From a virus (taxonomy: Duplodnaviria > Caudoviricetes): DNA of 29,561 nucleotides. Made by a program: the position numbers and the translations under genes. The notes under the pieces were generated by a model. It ran no database searches and had not been told where the DNA came from. It saw only the letters and a list, made by a program, of their open reading frames with translations. Shown in pieces: positions 8,315 through 15,875 of this stretch (within the stretch, counting starts at the first letter, position 1; each line of letters starts with the position of its first letter). The stretch covers positions 1 to 29,561 of the IMG/VR virus record IMGVR_UViG_3300011335_000225. One strand, 5' to 3'.

Positions 8315-9112
8315 TTAGGTAAGTATGCTGTTCAGTTCTTCTGGTTTGCATTGTTTAGGTTCTTTGTCCATGCCTAGCAAGACAAGCTTTGTTTTTGATG
8401 GAAGAAAATGGTTTAGTTTCTTGTATGCTTTTGTTGCTCCTTCTATACCAGCCTCATCAGGATCAAGCCAAATAACTACATACTCAAATTCGAGTTCGTC
8501 TATTTGTCTTAATGTTTTATCTGAGACTATTGTTCTTAGTAACGCCACAGAACTAAAACCTGTGTCATTGTGAACTCTGTAAGCACTGAGGTAGTCTTCA
8601 GTTATGACTAGCGTCTTGCTGCTTTTGTGAAACCAACTTGCATCTCCTCTGGAGTTGCTGTCGGTGTAGTGTGTTATGTATTTTGGTGTAGCGTTAGGCG
8701 CTACATTCCTAACTTGCCAGCCTATCGGCTGTTGTTCTGGGTTATGCAGTGTAAGAGCTACTTTGTGTCGCTCTCCTGCTACGCCACTAAACACTTTGTC
8801 AGATGTGTTGCAGTAATATTTGTGCAGCCACAACTTACCTTCAACCGCAAGAGAAGCAAGCACAGGTTTCTCATTGCTACTAGCTGTGCTAGATTCTTTT
8901 TTGTTGATCCATGTAGACAACCTGCCACTTCCATCTGAAACAAACCCAGACTCGTTGCAATGGTGGCAATAGGCTACTAATCCTGTTTCTGTACGTTTGA
9001 TGTACAGCCTACGCTTGATGTCTTCACCTGCTTCGCAGCCAATGTGATTAACATGGATTTGATCTCCTGTTGCAGATGGAGCATTAGCTAAGATTAGTTT
9101 GCGATCAATCAT
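8315..9112 (-). CDS. DNA primase (Zn-binding plus TOPRIM)
   Basis: H..C...CHHC zinc site; TEDYLSA and LDPDEAG TOPRIM motifs; directly upstream of the helicase. Confidence 0.88.
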   Translation of the reverse strand: MIDRKLILANAPSATGDQIHVNHIGCEAGEDIKRRLYIKRTETGLVAYCHHCNESGFVSDGSGRLSTWINKKESSTASSNEKPVLASLAVEGKLWLHKYYCNTSDKVFSGVAGERHKVALTLHNPEQQPIGWQVRNVAPNATPKYITHYTDSNSRGDASWFHKSSKTLVITEDYLSAYRVHNDTGFSSVALLRTIVSDKTLRQIDELEFEYVVIWLDPDEAGIEGATKAYKKLNHFLPSKTKLVLLGMDKEPKQCKPEELNSILT

Positions 9113-9129
9113 ATTGTTTTTTAAAGCTC

Positions 9130-9160
9130 AAAATATATAGCCCTCCTAGAAAGGCTATAT
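9130..9160 (-). terminator. stem-loop / probable intrinsic terminator or processing hairpin
   Basis: Minus strand ATATAGCCTTT-CTAG-GAGGGCTATAT (G-U pairs) followed by ATTTT. Confidence 0.55.
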
Positions 9161-9177
9161 GGTTTTGTAGTTTTGGT

Positions 9178-10317
9178 TTATGCGTCTTTGCCGTAGACCT
9201 TGCTAAACAACTCGTCAGCAACTTTGCGTTGTGTGTCGTTAAGCTTGTTAAGGTATACCAATGTAAAAGCCTTCTTCAAAGAACACCCTGAAGAAACCTT
9301 TCTACAAATACTAAACAAAGAACGTGGAGAAACAGTCAGATTGAACTGACTAGCTTTGTAGCCTTGACGAATCAAGTTAGCCAACTTTATAAGTTCTTTA
9401 GCTGACTTTGAAGTCACAGTGTCAGGAAATTTATTTCTAAGCATCCTTTCCTCAACTGAGGGATGTAGATAGTCCACATACACTGCCGTACCAAAACGAT
9501 CAAGAGTTGCTGAGTTTTGGACATTAGTACCTGCGTGAGCACCTGTGTCATCACCTTGGCCTTGTGTGTTACCAATAGCTACGATTCTAAAATGCTCGTG
9601 TGGCACAATTTGCTTGTCTTTGGTACTACCAGGCATCTCTTTTAAGAAGAGCTTGCCATCGTCCTCTAAGAGCCATTGCAGACCCATAGAAATCTCTGGA
9701 GGAGTTACATCCCATTCGTCCCAAGCAAATACAGCACCATACTTGACTGCATCTGTTACAACACCATCGACCCAAATTGTTGATGCGTCCTTAGCTGTTA
9801 ATTGACCAAAGATCATAGAAGAATCCATGTCACCCGTACAATTTACACGGATAAAAGGACGACAAGTAATAGCACAAAGCTGTTCAATAGTAGTTGATTT
9901 GCCAGCACCTGTAGGACCGTAGCAAAGAACTTTCTCGTTAAGTTCCCAAGCCATCAGAATGTTGCTTGCGATCTCTTTGTCAAGAACATAGTGCTCGTTG
10001 ATCATAGGAACAAATGAAGCAATTCGCTCATCCCAATCGTAGTCATGGAATGTTGTAACACCAAAATCATCATCAGTTGAAATTGATGAGTCATTGATCA
10101 GCTTAGACAACCAAACTTGATTTGGTCCCAAAACTTTTTTGCCGACAGCACTTGTTGCTACTGCTGGAGGAGTACTCCCAGCCATTTTGTCGAGCATGTC
10201 TACATCACTAATAAGCTTTTCAGCTTCTTTGATCAGCACTTCAGACTTCTTGCGTTTGTCCAATGCTTCTTTAAGAGCCTTGGTAACAAGATCTTCAATT
10301 TTTTCACTAGCTGCCAT
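9178..10317 (-). CDS. MoxR/CobS-like AAA+ ATPase
   Basis: GPTGAGKS, WDEWD, ATLDRF and SPR motifs; paired with the VWA gene; start placed at MAASE. Confidence 0.9.
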   Translation of the reverse strand: MAASEKIEDLVTKALKEALDKRKKSEVLIKEAEKLISDVDMLDKMAGSTPPAVATSAVGKKVLGPNQVWLSKLINDSSISTDDDFGVTTFHDYDWDERIASFVPMINEHYVLDKEIASNILMAWELNEKVLCYGPTGAGKSTTIEQLCAITCRPFIRVNCTGDMDSSMIFGQLTAKDASTIWVDGVVTDAVKYGAVFAWDEWDVTPPEISMGLQWLLEDDGKLFLKEMPGSTKDKQIVPHEHFRIVAIGNTQGQGDDTGAHAGTNVQNSATLDRFGTAVYVDYLHPSVEERMLRNKFPDTVTSKSAKELIKLANLIRQGYKASQFNLTVSPRSLFSICRKVSSGCSLKKAFTLVYLNKLNDTQRKVADELFSKVYGKDA

Positions 10318-12070
10318 TGACAATCTTCCTTTCTATTAACTCAATCAACTTACTTGGGATTTCTTCTGGTTTACTAACTACACTATGTGCTTTGTAGTAA
10401 TACTGTACTGAGTCGCTACACAAACCTAGACCATAGATGTTTACAGACTTGGAAGCTTCTATCTCTTCAATTACTTTGTGTGTGAACTCTCCTATGCCCA
10501 TACAAGATTTACTTGCAGCAGGACTGCCATCAGACATAACTATCAATAGTTTCTTTCTTTCTTTGCGTTTAGCCAAACGATCATAAGCCCAAAGAATGTT
10601 TTCACCATCAGGATTACCACTCATGTGGTTACTACTATATGCAAAATATTCACGCAAAGAATCTGAGCTTACTTTTAAATCAGAAAAACTTTTGTAAACA
10701 TACATAATTGGTTTTATTGCACTAAAGGTACTAGAGTAGCCATCAGTAAAACCAATGATTTCTAGAGGAATGTTTAGCGTGGAACAAACTTCATTGACTA
10801 ACAATGTTGAAGCTAAAGCGTTGAATACTTTTTGACCACCCATTGATCCAGACATATCAACTAGAACAGTGATTGCAGCATCAAGCAACTTGTTTTCAAT
10901 TTTGTTCTTAAAAACACGCTCATTGAAACCTGGAGCATTGAAACAGATGCGAGACAATCTAGATTGATCTAGCTTGCCTTTCTTTGTTCCATATTGCGTT
11001 TGCACTTTAGCTCTGATTTGGATTAGTCTACGCACTTGTTGTGCAAAATTTTCTTGAGAAATAAGTTTAGAACCAACCTGCTCTTCATATCCCTCAAGAA
11101 ATCTTTTTGCAGGTTGAAAGTATTTTTCATCTCCAATATTTTTAGGATAGTTGACAACGACAAATTCGCTGTAATCAGTCAAGTCCCAGTCGCCATCACA
11201 TTTGACAGGATCAAAATTGATTCCTACTTTGCCCATCTCTTCACCGTGTTCAGGCATTGTTAAAGACATTGCAGCTAAATCTTCTTCAGTGAGTTCAACT
11301 TTGATGATCTTGTACTCATCTTCTTTTGTTTTAGCTTCTCCCTCATCTTCTGAAGATTCTTTAGACACATCTCCACTAACTTTTGTTTCTTTTGGTGAGT
11401 CTTTTTCAAGTTCTTTAGGTTCTTTAAGTTCTTCTTTGCACTTTTCATCCAACTCATTCAAGATGTCAACTGCTAAATCATAAGTAGCTCTTGTGCCTAC
11501 TTCTTTATCTAGTATTGAACAACAAGACACAAGACGGTCAGTGTAGTTATTAAGAACATTAAAAATCTTTTTGTTGGGAGTCACTTTGCTTGCAATAAGC
11601 TCTATCATTGGAAAGTGACTTGCTGATACAGCAGCATCCCAACAAATAAGAGCCTTGGTTATTTTTGAGATTGTTTTAGCATCATGTTTAGATTTAGCCA
11701 AAATCTTTTGTACTAAAACAGATGAACACTCATCCCAGTTTTCTCTGAAGCCAAGATATTGCTTAGCTTCGATATTGTTAACTCTGGAATCTTCCAAGAA
11801 GTTCCAAACAAACATCAATAGACCTTTGGGATTGATTTTCTTGTCTTTTAGAACATCAAACGAACTGTAGAGATCATGTGCAACCTCGTGGTCAACAGAT
11901 GCTTGTAGTTGTTTGAGTTCTAAATCTGTGGTGTGGTAGGTAATCCTAGGCAGATAGATAGTCTTACCATCATGCCTAGGCTCATTCCTATCCTCAAATG
12001 CTATAGCAAGGTTGGCTCTGCCAGCACTTGCCCTAACATACTTCATTACCTCAATGCTTTTAGTCAGCAT
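10307..12070 (-). CDS. CobT-like VWA-domain protein with N-terminal HExxH motif
   Basis: HEVAH...NFLEDSRV; acidic linker; MIDAS DMSGSM and MSDGSP. Confidence 0.88.
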   Translation of the reverse strand: MLTKSIEVMKYVRASAGRANLAIAFEDRNEPRHDGKTIYLPRITYHTTDLELKQLQASVDHEVAHDLYSSFDVLKDKKINPKGLLMFVWNFLEDSRVNNIEAKQYLGFRENWDECSSVLVQKILAKSKHDAKTISKITKALICWDAAVSASHFPMIELIASKVTPNKKIFNVLNNYTDRLVSCCSILDKEVGTRATYDLAVDILNELDEKCKEELKEPKELEKDSPKETKVSGDVSKESSEDEGEAKTKEDEYKIIKVELTEEDLAAMSLTMPEHGEEMGKVGINFDPVKCDGDWDLTDYSEFVVVNYPKNIGDEKYFQPAKRFLEGYEEQVGSKLISQENFAQQVRRLIQIRAKVQTQYGTKKGKLDQSRLSRICFNAPGFNERVFKNKIENKLLDAAITVLVDMSGSMGGQKVFNALASTLLVNEVCSTLNIPLEIIGFTDGYSSTFSAIKPIMYVYKSFSDLKVSSDSLREYFAYSSNHMSGNPDGENILWAYDRLAKRKERKKLLIVMSDGSPAASKSCMGIGEFTHKVIEEIEASKSVNIYGLGLCSDSVQYYYKAHSVVSKPEEIPSKLIELIERKIVNGS

Positions 12071-12514
12071 TCAAAGCCCTTTCAGAAATTTAAGTACTTC
12101 ACTATGAACACCCTTTGCATCAATGTGTTCTGGAACTTCAGCTAGAAGCTTACAGATTTTGTTCACATAAGCATCTGGTGTAACATCTTCTTTTGTTTCA
12201 GTCTTCATCTCCTTGATTTTGTTTTGGAGATAAGTCTTGCCATAGAACCCACCATTGTCATCAACCAAACCAAGGCTGAGCTTCATAGCAGAGTGGATGA
12301 CAGACTTAGCAGAACGCCAAGGTCCAGGCATAGAACCAATCTCAAATTCTTTTTTGATCTGACGCTCAGTCTCCCGTACTTCTTTGGCAAAAGTCTCAAT
12401 AGAACTATGCGTAAAAGCAACCTGAATCATCTTCTCAAACGTACTCGTAGCAGAAGTTTCTGAAACCAAGGCTTCAGTAGCTGCTGCGTACAAAGTGGAC
12501 ATCATTGCATCCAT
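12071..12514 (-). CDS. hypothetical protein
   Basis: 147 aa ORF with GGAG SD, abutting the VWA gene. Confidence 0.8.
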   Translation of the reverse strand: MDAMMSTLYAAATEALVSETSATSTFEKMIQVAFTHSSIETFAKEVRETERQIKKEFEIGSMPGPWRSAKSVIHSAMKLSLGLVDDNGGFYGKTYLQNKIKEMKTETKEDVTPDAYVNKICKLLAEVPEHIDAKGVHSEVLKFLKGL

Positions 12515-12540
12515 ATTGATCTCCAGTTACGGCAATATTG

Positions 12541-12575
12541 CCTCCACAGTACTTTTTATGAAAGCACTGTAGAAG
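12541..12575 (-). promoter_or_regulatory. 15-bp RNA hairpin, candidate RNase III processing site
   Basis: CTTCTACAGTGCTTT-CATAA-AAAGTACTGTGGAGG; three G-U pairs that form only on the minus (mRNA) strand; no U tract. Confidence 0.55.
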
Positions 12576-12582
12576 AGTACTG

Positions 12583-12690
12583 TTAGCTCATACGTTCTAC
12601 AAGATACCCTTCTTCTTTATAAACCAATGCTTCAACAGCGGGTACGTTTTCAATCCAACGGTTGTATTGATGAAGATACACACGAAACAT
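12583..12690 (-). CDS. small hypothetical protein, 35 aa
   Basis: MFRVYLHQYNRWIENVPAVEALVYKEEGYLVERMS; AAGGA SD. Confidence 0.6.
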   Translation of the reverse strand: MFRVYLHQYNRWIENVPAVEALVYKEEGYLVERMS

Positions 12691-12710
12691 AAAATTTCCT
12701 TTCAAGTTTG

Positions 12711-13235
12711 TTACTTAACTGATTCAATAGCCATTTCTTCAACAATATCTTCTGGAATGTCGCCAGCAGAAAGTTGGTAGCATTTATCTTCACCATCAAG
12801 CCATCGACCACAAAAATCACATCCAGGTTCGTAGTAATAAGCTTTTATGGTGTAGCCCAATTCTTTAAGTTTGGCATAAGCATCACAAGGCGGTGACCAA
12901 GCACTCTCAAAAGCAACAGAAAACCCATTGTTATGAAGAATAGGTGGATCTCTGTATTGGTCGTGTCCCACATCCCATTTAGTTCCCCATTCAGCTACAC
13001 AATATTCCCACCATGTTGGATAGCCATACTTTTCAAAATTGTCTTTTTGCTTTTTTTCTAAAGCTTTTTGTTTTTCTTCATCTCCAAAACATCCTGAAAC
13101 TATGTCAATCAGATCCTGTGGACAAGGAACAAGTGTTTGCAAAAACTGACCAGAGTTCCAAGCATCTAGTGCTTTGACAATCATATTTGGATCTGGATGA
13201 GAAATAGTCATTGTGTTATCACACCAATTAGGCAT
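12711..13235 (-). CDS. DUF1281/YubB-like ferredoxin-fold protein
   Basis: MPNWCxN, WGTKWD, FESAWSPP and YYEPG motifs. Confidence 0.85.
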   Translation of the reverse strand: MPNWCDNTMTISHPDPNMIVKALDAWNSGQFLQTLVPCPQDLIDIVSGCFGDEEKQKALEKKQKDNFEKYGYPTWWEYCVAEWGTKWDVGHDQYRDPPILHNNGFSVAFESAWSPPCDAYAKLKELGYTIKAYYYEPGCDFCGRWLDGEDKCYQLSAGDIPEDIVEEMAIESVK

Positions 13236-13254
13236 TTTGATCTCCGTTGTGTTA

Positions 13255-13413
13255 CTAATAACTCACATCTTCAAGCATGAGGTCTTCAGTTGTGAATAGC
13301 TCCAATTGCTTGTGGCTATCCCCCTCTTCTTCAAAGGGGGTGTGGATGTTAACGCTAACCAGAACATCGTCATAGTCATTTGATTCTATGAACCAGTGCT
13401 TAGTAATCGTCAT
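13255..13413 (-). CDS. small acidic protein, 52 aa
   Basis: MTITKHWFIESNDYDDVLV...; overlaps the upstream gene; not in the ORF track. Confidence 0.6.
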   Translation of the reverse strand: MTITKHWFIESNDYDDVLVSVNIHTPFEEEGDSHKQLELFTTEDLMLEDVSY

Positions 13414-13594
13414 TTTCTATTGACCCATCGTAGAACCAATCCAAATAGGCATGAATTCCATTACGAAATACTTTGCCATGACGATGTGTTTCTTCTTCCA
13501 ATGCAGGTTCTTCCAACGCAGCATCTTCTAAAGACAGCTTTTCAATCTTGTCACTGTCTTCCCATTCCATCTCATCAACTAAATCTAATTCCAT
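13400..13594 (-). CDS. small highly acidic protein, 64 aa
   Basis: Start moved to MELDL, preceded by TTAACTT-GGAG; 21 D/E versus 5 K/R. Confidence 0.75.
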   Translation of the reverse strand: MELDLVDEMEWEDSDKIEKLSLEDAALEEPALEEETHRHGKVFRNGIHAYLDWFYDGSIENDDY

Positions 13595-13616
13595 GACTAT
13601 CTCCAAGTTAAAGAAC

Positions 13617-13750
13617 AAAGGGCGAAGGCGGCTGCCCCCGCTTCAGGCGGGCAGACGACAAGTCCCGCTTACCATAGGGAGCGAAGCCCAGGCACAGCCG
13701 TATGCCAAGCCGCTTGGCGGTTGGCATCTCGGCTTGCAGGGTTGAGCGAC
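13617..13750 (+). other. GC-rich structured intergenic element 2
   Basis: Nested inverted repeats, GCGAAGC mini-hairpin, motifs shared with 15491-15675. Confidence 0.6.
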
Positions 13751-13751
13751 A

Positions 13752-13988
13752 TCATTGACCAAAGTCTTCACAAATTTCTTTGTAATGTTGCTTGACTTGT
13801 CTAAAGATGTATTTCTGTTCATCTCTGTCCAGTTCATAGGTGACATTTTTGTTGGTGTTCTCTTCAAAAGCAAACCAGTCATATGTCTCGTCAAGACCTA
13901 CTGATGGATCAGCTTCACTGTATTCATAACGAATCAGCAACTGTCCGTAGTCCAAACTGGTAGCTGTGAATTCATACACCCTAGTCAT
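13752..13988 (-). CDS. hypothetical protein
   Basis: Start at MTRVYEF; ADPSVGL pattern. Confidence 0.7.
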   Translation of the reverse strand: MTRVYEFTATSLDYGQLLIRYEYSEADPSVGLDETYDWFAFEENTNKNVTYELDRDEQKYIFRQVKQHYKEICEDFGQ

Positions 13989-14169
13989 GTTTAATAGTCG
14001 CACAAACTAAGCAAGCATTGCCAAGCATTGGAGATTTAATCTCGCATGGATCACAATGCGCCCATTCATCACAATTTAAAATACCATTGTCAACGGCATC
14101 ATGGACAGCAAATTGTCCTTTTGATTCATAAATAGAATATGCTTTTTCGTGCATTTGTTCGATGTTCAT
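13981..14169 (-). CDS. small zinc-finger protein
   Basis: CDPC...CLVC; start at MNIEQ. Confidence 0.65.
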   Translation of the reverse strand: MNIEQMHEKAYSIYESKGQFAVHDAVDNGILNCDEWAHCDPCEIKSPMLGNACLVCATIKHD

Positions 14170-14180
14170 TTTTAAGCCTT

Positions 14181-14291
14181 TCATTTTGTCCACCAATAAA
14201 CTAAAGCTAATGCCAATGAAATACCAATAACAATTGCCAATACAAAAGACAGGGCAGCTTCTGCTCTGTCATTCAGTTGTTTGCTTCTCAT
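14181..14291 (-). CDS. small membrane protein, 36 aa
   Basis: MRSKQLNDRAEAALSFVLAIVIGISLALALVYWWTK has one hydrophobic helix; GGAG SD; ATGA overlap. Confidence 0.65.
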   Translation of the reverse strand: MRSKQLNDRAEAALSFVLAIVIGISLALALVYWWTK

Positions 14292-14494
14292 GTCTTGCTC
14301 CATGCTTCATACTCCTCTACTTCTTTGTTGATAATTGCTTCTTGTGTTTCATCGTCCAAGTCTGGAAACGTTACAAAATGATTTTCTTTGCAACAGCTAA
14401 GAAAAGTTTTAACGTCATTGCAATAACAGCAGTACTCTGTTGAAGAGTGCATCAGGTTGTATCTGATCTCTGCTTTAAATGATTTGATCTTCAT
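14288..14494 (-). CDS. small Cys-rich protein
   Basis: YCCYC...SCCKENHF; GAGG SD; ATGA overlap. Confidence 0.75.
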   Translation of the reverse strand: MKIKSFKAEIRYNLMHSSTEYCCYCNDVKTFLSCCKENHFVTFPDLDDETQEAIINKEVEEYEAWSKT

Positions 14495-14703
14495 GTTGTC
14501 CTCTTAGGGTTTAACTGAGAAAGGATGGACTTGTCAGTGACCAGCATGTAATTGCTCTTGTTCATTGGAACAATCGTATGCTTTACTTGTTTAGCAATTT
14601 CCTCGCCACAAGCTGCACAGGTTGGACGCATAGCTTTAGCTCGTTGTGGTTCAACACGAACGGCATAGCAATGTGTGCAAATGGGTAGATAGTTCTCGTT
14701 CAT
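14491..14703 (-). CDS. C4 zinc-finger protein (DksA/TraR-finger-like)
   Basis: CTHC-x16-CAAC with the Arg in the linker; start at MNENY after GGAG. Confidence 0.65.
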   Translation of the reverse strand: MNENYLPICTHCYAVRVEPQRAKAMRPTCAACGEEIAKQVKHTIVPMNKSNYMLVTDKSILSQLNPKRTT

Positions 14704-14714
14704 ATGGTCTCCAG

Positions 14715-15014
14715 TTAGTAGATAGGTCGATTGGTATCCCATTTGTCATAGCGTTTGAACGTACTGACAAAATTGTTATTAGGAACATTGGTAGGCTCAT
14801 CCAGTGAGCTTACGAACTCTCTCCACTGTTCGATGGAAAGCAGATCCACATCTCCAGTAATTACCTGGTCTGAGTCACGGATACGAGTCTCTAGTGCATA
14901 TCTAGACGAAGACATCTCAAACAGACGACAACCGTGCTGCCACTCGATGTCTGTGATGCCATCAACAACTGGCCTTACGACCAGATTGTTGTGAAGTTTT
15001 AGAGCGTGGTACAT
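14715..15014 (-). CDS. hypothetical protein
   Basis: ORF track; GAGG SD; coupled to the upstream stop. Confidence 0.75.
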   Translation of the reverse strand: MYHALKLHNNLVVRPVVDGITDIEWQHGCRLFEMSSSRYALETRIRDSDQVITGDVDLLSIEQWREFVSSLDEPTNVPNNNFVSTFKRYDKWDTNRPIY

Positions 15015-15142
15015 CAGTCTGCCTCACACTCAGTGTCAGTGATACAACCAAGATCGTTAGCCTGATAAGTATGTATTACCAAAGCACCAAAGATAACCAA
15101 GATGATTGCGTTAAGGATCATTACTTTGTGGATAAGTTTCAT
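15014..15142 (-). CDS. small membrane/secreted protein, 42 aa
   Basis: MKLIHKVMILNAIILVIFGALVIHTYQANDLGCITDTECEAD; GGAG SD. Confidence 0.65.
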   Translation of the reverse strand: MKLIHKVMILNAIILVIFGALVIHTYQANDLGCITDTECEAD

Positions 15143-15186
15143 GTGAATCTCCAAGGAAGTTATTAAGAACAGAACGAAGTGAACAT

Positions 15187-15218
15187 AAAAAAAGGTAGTA
15201 CTTGTAAGGTACTACCTT
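15187..15218 (-). terminator. intrinsic terminator
   Basis: AAGGTAGTAC/GTACTACCTT stem running into T7 on the minus strand, just after the stop at 15225. Confidence 0.8.
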
Positions 15219-15224
15219 GTTTGA

Positions 15225-15455
15225 TTAAGCTGCTGCTGTTGCACGAGCAGCTGCGTCATCTTTCAGTTGAGCACGGAGAGCTTTCAAGCTGTTGAGTGCG
15301 TCACGAACTTCCTCTTGGCGGGGATTGTCGTACTTCTCGAAGCTCCACAGAGCGTTGGAGAGCAACTGCTGAGCCAGATAGATTTGCAAGCCAGCAGGTT
15401 TGCGTTCTGTGAGTGAGTTGAACTGGTTGAAATCGAAGTTGGATTGCTGTGACAT
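15225..15455 (-). CDS. first gene of the left arm, 76 aa helical hypothetical protein
   Basis: Start moved to MSQQSNF after AAGGAG; has its own terminator. Confidence 0.8.
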   Translation of the reverse strand: MSQQSNFDFNQFNSLTERKPAGLQIYLAQQLLSNALWSFEKYDNPRQEEVRDALNSLKALRAQLKDDAAARATAAA

Positions 15456-15490
15456 TTGGGAGCTCCTTGTTAAGTTGAAGGTAGAGGGGA

Positions 15491-15675
15491 ACCGCCCCCT
15501 CACCAAAGCTGGGAGTGAGGGCTAGGGCCGCCCACAGGCGGCACGCAGTTTCGCCGTAAGGCGAAATTGGCAATGCAGAAAGGGCGAAGCCCCGCAGCCA
15601 TGCCACAAAGGAGCGAAGCGACGACTGGCGTGGTTTCTGCTCTGCCAACCCGAACAAGAAGCTGGGGGCGGTGAG
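15491..15675 (+). other. GC-rich multibranch structured element 1
   Basis: ACCGCCCCC/GGGGGCGGT closing stem, GTAA-loop hairpin, two GCGAAGC mini-hairpins. Confidence 0.65.
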
Positions 15676-15855
15676 ACTCGCACTGGTACTTAATGTATAG
15701 GAGCGTATGTCGCAACGATATAACGTAGATCAACCTCAACGTATCATCATTGGATACCAAACAGATTAGTAGCTAGATTAGGGGGCAGTTAAACACCGTA
15801 AGTTGTTGATATGTATGAGTGTGCAATATACAACACATGTATAGACATACACCCC

Positions 15856-15875
15856 TGTGGATAACCTGTGTATAA
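15856..15875 (-). promoter_or_regulatory. tandem DnaA boxes
   Basis: TGTGGATAA-CC-TGTGTATAA, i.e. TTATCCACA and TTATACACA on the minus strand; both match TTATNCACA. Confidence 0.6.

Noticed and set aside
9178-12070. Cobalamin biosynthesis (cobaltochelatase) as an auxiliary metabolic function
   Set aside because: No CobN or other cob genes in the window. The motifs support only a generic MoxR-VWA pair.
14491-14703. Functional DksA/TraR RNAP regulator
   Set aside because: Only the zinc finger is present. The N-terminal helix with the DxxDxA motif is missing.
125-14994. Plus-strand ORFs in the left arm (e.g. 768-1187, 1315-1863, 4474-4854, 6975-7334)
   Set aside because: Antisense shadows of tightly coupled minus-strand genes, with no recognisable motifs.
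15301-15760. ORFs 15301-15657, 15500-15760 and the extended start of 15225-15506
   Set aside because: They are open because the structured element is GC-rich and poor in stops. The clear SD is at the 15455 start.
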